A program made the translations under genes and the position numbers. A DNA stretch of 64,000 bases from positions 320,001 through 384,000 of the forward strand of contig CAWBZI010000005.1 of assembly GCA_963793265.1 (NCBI GenBank), in the 5' to 3' direction. Positions 59,956-64,000 of the stretch are shown here, one piece after another. Under the pieces are notes generated by a model that had not been told where the DNA came from, did not search any database, and was given only the letters and a program-made list of their open reading frames with translations. The stretch comes from an uncultured cyanobacterium. Lineage in GTDB: Bacteria > Cyanobacteriota > Cyanobacteriia > Phormidesmidales > Phormidesmidaceae. The stretch's first letter is position 1; each line of letters starts with the position of its first letter.

Positions 59956-60423
59956 ATGCAACCTTTAGCTGATACCGTCTCGCCAATTGAATCATTCGAG
60001 GATGCGATCGAGCGGTGCCAGTCGTTGGGAATGCGATTGAGCAAGCAGCGGCGATATATTTTAGAGCTTTTGTGGCAGGTTCAAGAGCATCTGTCGGCTC
60101 GTGATATATATGATCGGCTGAATCGTTTGGGCCGAGAGATCGGACATACCTCGGTTTATCAAAACTTAGAGGCGCTTTCTGAGCAGGGCATTATTGAATG
60201 CGTGGAGCGCTCGGATGGCAGGCTGTACGGGCACATCAGCTCGTCGCATAGTCATGTGAACTGCATGGATACGCAGCAGATTATTGATATTAACATTGAG
60301 CTACCGGCAGAGCTGATTGCGCAGGTAGAGGCTCAAACGGGTGTGAAAGTTTCGGACTATCGGATTGATTTTTTTGGGACTAAAGCTGGTGACCCGGCTG
60401 TGGTTGAGGCGGCGACTAGTTAG
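59956..60423 (+). CDS. furC: Fur-family peroxide regulator FurC/PerR
   Basis: CQ.LGMR.S.QRR.ILELLWQ..EHLSAR.IYDRLN..G..IGHTSVYQNLEALS, GRLYG, HSHVNC.DT, the cyanobacterial FurC/PerR pattern. Confidence 0.9.
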   Translation: MQPLADTVSPIESFEDAIERCQSLGMRLSKQRRYILELLWQVQEHLSARDIYDRLNRLGREIGHTSVYQNLEALSEQGIIECVERSDGRLYGHISSSHSHVNCMDTQQIIDINIELPAELIAQVEAQTGVKVSDYRIDFFGTKAGDPAVVEAATS

Positions 60424-60438
60424 TAGCTTTAGTTATTA

Positions 60439-60600
60439 GGGAGCTGCGCTCAAATAAAGTACCGGCAAACCGACAAATATTGCCCTGGGCATAGCGTGCT
60501 AAGCCCCTACGTCACCGTCAATTTCTGTAGGGGCTTAGCACTGCTATGCCCGAGGCAATGAACAGCGCTATCAGCGGTACTTTATTTAGACGCATGTCCC
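60439..60600. mobile_element. MITE copy 2 (162 bp), inverted relative to copy 1
   Basis: Reverse complement of 15019-15181 with few differences; TTA on both flanks. Confidence 0.88.
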
Positions 60601-60619
60601 TTAGTACGCTTTATACAAG

Positions 60620-60665
60620 AAAACCCGAGCAACCTTCTCGAAAGAGATCTGTTGCTCGGGTTTAT
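60620..60665. terminator. Bidirectional-type terminator hairpin
   Basis: AAAACCCGAGCAAC...GTTGCTCGGGTTTA with A/T tracts on both sides. Confidence 0.7.
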
Positions 60666-60692
60666 TAGTTAATAGCATTCGGCTGAGCCGAT

Positions 60693-60767
60693 CTAACTGT
60701 TCAGTACTTCTTTGCTAAAGACAAATAACACTGCGCCAAACATCAAAATAGCGAAGATAGGATCCAT
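60693..60767 (-). CDS. Candidate 24-aa single-TM micro-protein
   Basis: MDPIFAILMFGAVLFVFSKEVLNS*; followed by the 60620-60665 terminator. Confidence 0.5.
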   Translation of the reverse strand: MDPIFAILMFGAVLFVFSKEVLNS

Positions 60768-60942
60768 GGTCTTTCACTTGCAAAATCGACAACGGTAGGC
60801 ATATAGCACAACTACACCTGAGACATAGCACGCTACCAATACCTGTACTAACGTACCCCGATTTTGAATCGACTGAATGCCTCTAAGATAACCGTTTCAT
60901 CAAGGTTTCTTGATGTTTGTGTGAGGCACAGGCGAGCAGTAT

Positions 60943-62079
60943 CTAGCTCCGAATCTGTACTGGCATGACTAAATACGTCATCTTAGTACCGCCTAACGGC
61001 GTTAGTACAGAAGGACTTGTCGCCGTATTGCACTGAATTTGAATCTCAGAAGTGGGCAATGCTTTGAGCCCTTCTAGCAAATAGCGCACGTTAAAAGCAA
61101 TATCCAAATCTTCGCCTGTGATTTGAGCAGGCATTGTCTCAAGCCCGCTACCCACCTCTTGCGCCTCTACAGATAGCGCTAGCGACTGGGTTTCGTTAGC
61201 CACGGAGAGCTTGACAATGTTATTGCGCTGGTCGGCCATCACAGCAATCCGCTCTAGCGAAGACACAAGCTGCTTGCGATCAACCGTAAGCTGTCGCTCG
61301 AACTGCTTGGGAATAAGCTGTCGGTAGTTGGGATATTGACCTTCTAACAGCCTTGTGGTGATGCGCTGCTGGCCCAAATCAAAGACGACTTGGGTTGAGT
61401 CGAGCTGAAAGGCGACTGGCTCGTTGCTAGGGTAGATTTGCAGAATTCGCTCCAGCTCGCGGAGAGCTTTGCCTGGAATCGTCACGTCCATTTTGAGCGT
61501 AGAAGCAGCGCCTCCGGCTTCATCAACCGTTTGCACTACTGCCAATCTATGACCGTCTGTCGCCGCAAATTCTAAGCTCTCATCATCAGCCGTTAGATGA
61601 ACGCCTGTTAGCACCTGCTTAGTTTCATCAGAGCTAGTAGCAAATAAAGCGCCCCGTAGCCCTTCAATCAATGCGTCGGCAGACACTTTAATCGGCTCAC
61701 TCGTTTCTACCTCAGGGAGCTTGGGATAGTCTTCGGCGCTCAGGCCCCGCACCTGATAGCGACCGGCTGAGCAAGAGAGCGTGACTACTGGCTCATCATC
61801 GTCTTCGCTAATATCGAGTTCTTCGTTGGGCAATCGGGAGACGATATCGCCTAAAAGCTTGGCTGGCAGTGTCAGCGATCCACTTTGGTGAACCTGCGCG
61901 GTAAACGTGGTTTGAATGCCCAGGGTTTCGTCAAATCCAGTTAGGGTTACTTGCTGCGTATCTGTGCTGGCGCTGACTAACACGTTGCCTAAAACCGGCT
62001 TGCTGGGCCTAGAAGGGACTGCCCGGCTCACTAGCGAAAACTGGGTGCTAAATTCGGCCTGCGGGCAGCTAAATTTCAT
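60943..62079 (-). CDS. dnaN: DNA polymerase III beta sliding clamp
   Basis: ATDGHRLA, RLLEGQYPNY.QLIP, IAFNVRYLL, YLVMPVQIR; downstream of dnaA. Confidence 0.98.
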   Translation of the reverse strand: MKFSCPQAEFSTQFSLVSRAVPSRPSKPVLGNVLVSASTDTQQVTLTGFDETLGIQTTFTAQVHQSGSLTLPAKLLGDIVSRLPNEELDISEDDDEPVVTLSCSAGRYQVRGLSAEDYPKLPEVETSEPIKVSADALIEGLRGALFATSSDETKQVLTGVHLTADDESLEFAATDGHRLAVVQTVDEAGGAASTLKMDVTIPGKALRELERILQIYPSNEPVAFQLDSTQVVFDLGQQRITTRLLEGQYPNYRQLIPKQFERQLTVDRKQLVSSLERIAVMADQRNNIVKLSVANETQSLALSVEAQEVGSGLETMPAQITGEDLDIAFNVRYLLEGLKALPTSEIQIQCNTATSPSVLTPLGGTKMTYLVMPVQIRS

Positions 62080-62102
62080 CGGGATCTAAATTTCATCGGG
62101 AT
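62069..62102. repeat. 17-bp tandem duplication spanning the dnaN start codon
   Basis: CTAAATTTCATCGGGAT twice, at 62069-62085 and 62086-62102. Confidence 0.9.
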
Positions 62103-62224
62103 GAGGAGTGAAGGGCATCGCTAGAGAGCGAACCTTTGAGAAACTGACCTGAGTTGCCAAATATATCACCTAACTGACCCTGGTCAAGCGGGCTAAAAAT
62201 TCATTCTTTTTGAACTACTCTGGA

Positions 62225-62480
62225 CTCTTTCTTTTTAAAAAGCTTATTTAAAAGTAGTAGTAGTAGAGCCTGTGGAAAATGTGGAAAACTCGACTTTTTT
62301 CCTAATATATGGTCATCCTAGCCATTTCTAGACTGTGGAAAACCTGTGGAAAAAGTCCCGAGTTTTCCACAGGCTCAGAAATGTGGAAAAAGTTTTCCAC
62401 AAGGGCCCCAAAGTTTTCCACAATTTCTCCACAAAAGGGAAGGGGGTTTTCCACAGAAAAAGGGGGTTTTTCCACAGGCA
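62225..62480. promoter_or_regulatory. oriC: Chromosomal replication origin oriC (DnaA boxes, DnaA-trios, AT-rich DUE)
   Basis: TTTTCCACA/TGTGGAAAA at 62271, 62280, 62334, 62345, 62363, 62382, 62393, 62414, 62447 and 62468, plus TTCTCCACA at 62425; (TAG)4 at 62255-62266; AT cluster at about 62228-62253; dnaA-dnaN intergenic position. Confidence 0.93.
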
Positions 62481-62525
62481 ATCCCCCTATGTTTTGTAAT
62501 ATTTCTTTACTCTATTTCGGCAAGA

Positions 62526-62579
62526 AGAAGCCTCTGCACACTCTGGTCAATATCCAGAGGTCAATGTGCAGAGGCTTCT
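62526..62579. terminator. Long hairpin downstream of dnaA
   Basis: 15-bp stem AGAAGCCTCTGCACA / TGTGCAGAGGCTTCT with an inner CTCTGG/CCAGAG stem. Confidence 0.55.
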
Positions 62580-62646
62580 ACGTTCGATATTTGGTTTGAT
62601 ATTTGTCGGTTTGGTATTTGATGGTGGGATTTAGTGATCGCCCGCG

Positions 62647-64000
62647 CTAATGCCCAGAGACAACCATAATGTGATCGCTCACTTCCTGAATCTTCTGAGC
62701 CAGGTTTGGATCTCGCTTGACGATTTGCGTAATCTTGTCGCAGCTATACATCACCGTCGTATGGTCTTTGCCGCCAAACTGATCGCCTACCTTCGGCAAA
62801 CTCAGGTCTGTATGCTTTCGCATGAGATACATGCCCACCTGCCGCGCCAGGCTGATCTCACGGCGACGAGAGTGGCTTTTAAGATCGTCAATAGAAATTT
62901 TGAACGCGTCAGAGACGGCTTTGATGACTGTTTTGGGCGAGCACTCTAGCCGCTCTGCGGGTGGGTCAAGTACGGGGATCAGATTTTCTACGGTCATCGG
63001 TAAGCCTGCAATTGAGGTGTAGGCGATAGAGCGGGTGAGGGCTCCTTCTAGCTCACGGATGTTAGAGGTGTAGGAGGAGGCGATGTATTCAGTCACGTCT
63101 CTAGAGAGCGTCACCTGCTCGTACTCTGCCTTTTTTTGCAAAATGGCGATGCGGGTTTCAAAGTCGGGCGCTTGAATGTCAGCGATGAGGCCCATTGAAA
63201 ATCGGGAGCAGAGCCGGTCTTGCAGGCGGGGAATTTTATTCGGCGGTCGATCGGAGGCGAGTACGATTTGCTTACCTGCCTGGTGGAGCGAGTTAAACGT
63301 GTGGAAAAACTCTTCTTGGGTGTATTCTTTGCCCTCAATGAACTGGATATCGTCTACTAAGATCACATCGACTTCGCGATACTGCTCTCTAAAGCGCTGC
63401 ATGGAGTCGCGGCGGATAGAGGCAATCAGGTCATTGGTAAAAGTTTCGGTGGAGACATAGGCCACTCGTGCGTTTTTGTCGCTTTCCATGCGGTATTGGC
63501 CGATGGCCTGCATGAGGTGGGTTTTGCCTAAGCCGACGCCGCCGCATAGAAATAGCGGGTTGAATTCTTGGCCGGGCGATTCGGCTACGGCTAGCGCTGC
63601 TGCGTGGGCCATACGGTTGTTTGCGCCGACGACAAAGCGCGAGAAGACGGCCTTGGGGTTGAGATCGGATGAGTCGATACTGCTGTGGCTCGTTTGGCCT
63701 GAGCTGGTGGCGATCGCATCCGTTGCCGGGGCTGTGGGTGCTAAGGATAGAGTAGGACTGCCGTCGCTGGGCCGTCCTTCACTGACCCGTCCTTCGGGTG
63801 CCATCTCAGCCTGCATGGTTTCGTTCGTAACAATGACGACGACATTAACGCGATGGCCGAGGACTTCTTCAGCAAGCTCTGAAATATGGCCTAAGTAATG
63901 CTTTTGTAGCCAGTTGCGAGCAAAAGGATTGTCCGTGAGGAGCACAAGCTCTTGGTCGGATAGTGACTGAACGCGGGTGGGCTTAATCCAGGTTTCAAAG
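62647..64000 (-). CDS. dnaA: Chromosomal replication initiator DnaA (5' end outside the window)
   Basis: FETWIKP at the window edge, [56 protein letters not shown]. Confidence 0.99.
   Translation of the reverse strand, partial: FETWIKPTRVQSLSDQELVLLTDNPFARNWLQKHYLGHISELAEEVLGHRVNVVVIVTNETMQAEMAPEGRVSEGRPSDGSPTLSLAPTAPATDAIATSSGQTSHSSIDSSDLNPKAVFSRFVVGANNRMAHAAALAVAESPGQEFNPLFLCGGVGLGKTHLMQAIGQYRMESDKNARVAYVSTETFTNDLIASIRRDSMQRFREQYREVDVILVDDIQFIEGKEYTQEEFFHTFNSLHQAGKQIVLASDRPPNKIPRLQDRLCSRFSMGLIADIQAPDFETRIAILQKKAEYEQVTLSRDVTEYIASSYTSNIRELEGALTRSIAYTSIAGLPMTVENLIPVLDPPAERLECSPKTVIKAVSDAFKISIDDLKSHSRRREISLARQVGMYLMRKHTDLSLPKVGDQFGGKDHTTVMYSCDKITQIVKRDPNLAQKIQEVSDHIMVVSGH

Noticed and set aside
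62271..62476. Repeat cluster as a possible CRISPR array
   Set aside because: The repeats are 9 bp, in mixed orientation and irregularly spaced, with no cas genes; they are DnaA boxes.
62309..62621. Plus-strand ORFs of 96 and 91 aa between dnaN and dnaA
   Set aside because: They are translations of the DnaA-box array (FST/FPQ repeats) and are not credible genes.

Overview
Chromosomal window of a cyanobacterium. Evidence: dense HIP1 octamers (GCGATCGC), nblS, furC/perR, txlA and DUF928/CHAT/CHASE2 genes; the gene style suggests a Leptolyngbyaceae/Synechococcus PCC 7335-like lineage (inference). The right end holds the replication origin: dnaA (cut by the window edge), an oriC with 11 DnaA boxes, DnaA-trios and an AT-rich unwinding element, then dnaN. 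Housekeeping genes include pyrG, rnc, xth, tal, nblS, purD, glmS, a thioredoxin, tag, ilvA and mlaE. The accessory content is: (i) a CHASE2-GGDEF / DUF928 / exported TPR-CHAT protease / haemagglutinin-like (TpsA-type) cassette followed by a PEP-CTERM metalloprotease; (ii) a 1976-aa TpsA-CHAT fusion and a doubly deleted relic paralog; (iii) a PstS-like-TM-acidic linker-DUF4912 giant protein ahead of a NitT/TauT ABC operon; (iv) a four-gene unknown envelope operon with a putative lysozyme-like domain; (v) tandem outer-membrane beta-barrel paralogs; (vi) two inverted copies of a ~162-bp MITE with TTA target duplications that carry GTAG-type REP hairpins. Also found: a frameshifted txlA, a Uma2 endonuclease relic and three small ORFs missed or mis-started by the ORF track. 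No rRNA, tRNA or CRISPR array was seen. All family assignments come from motif recognition by eye, not database searches.
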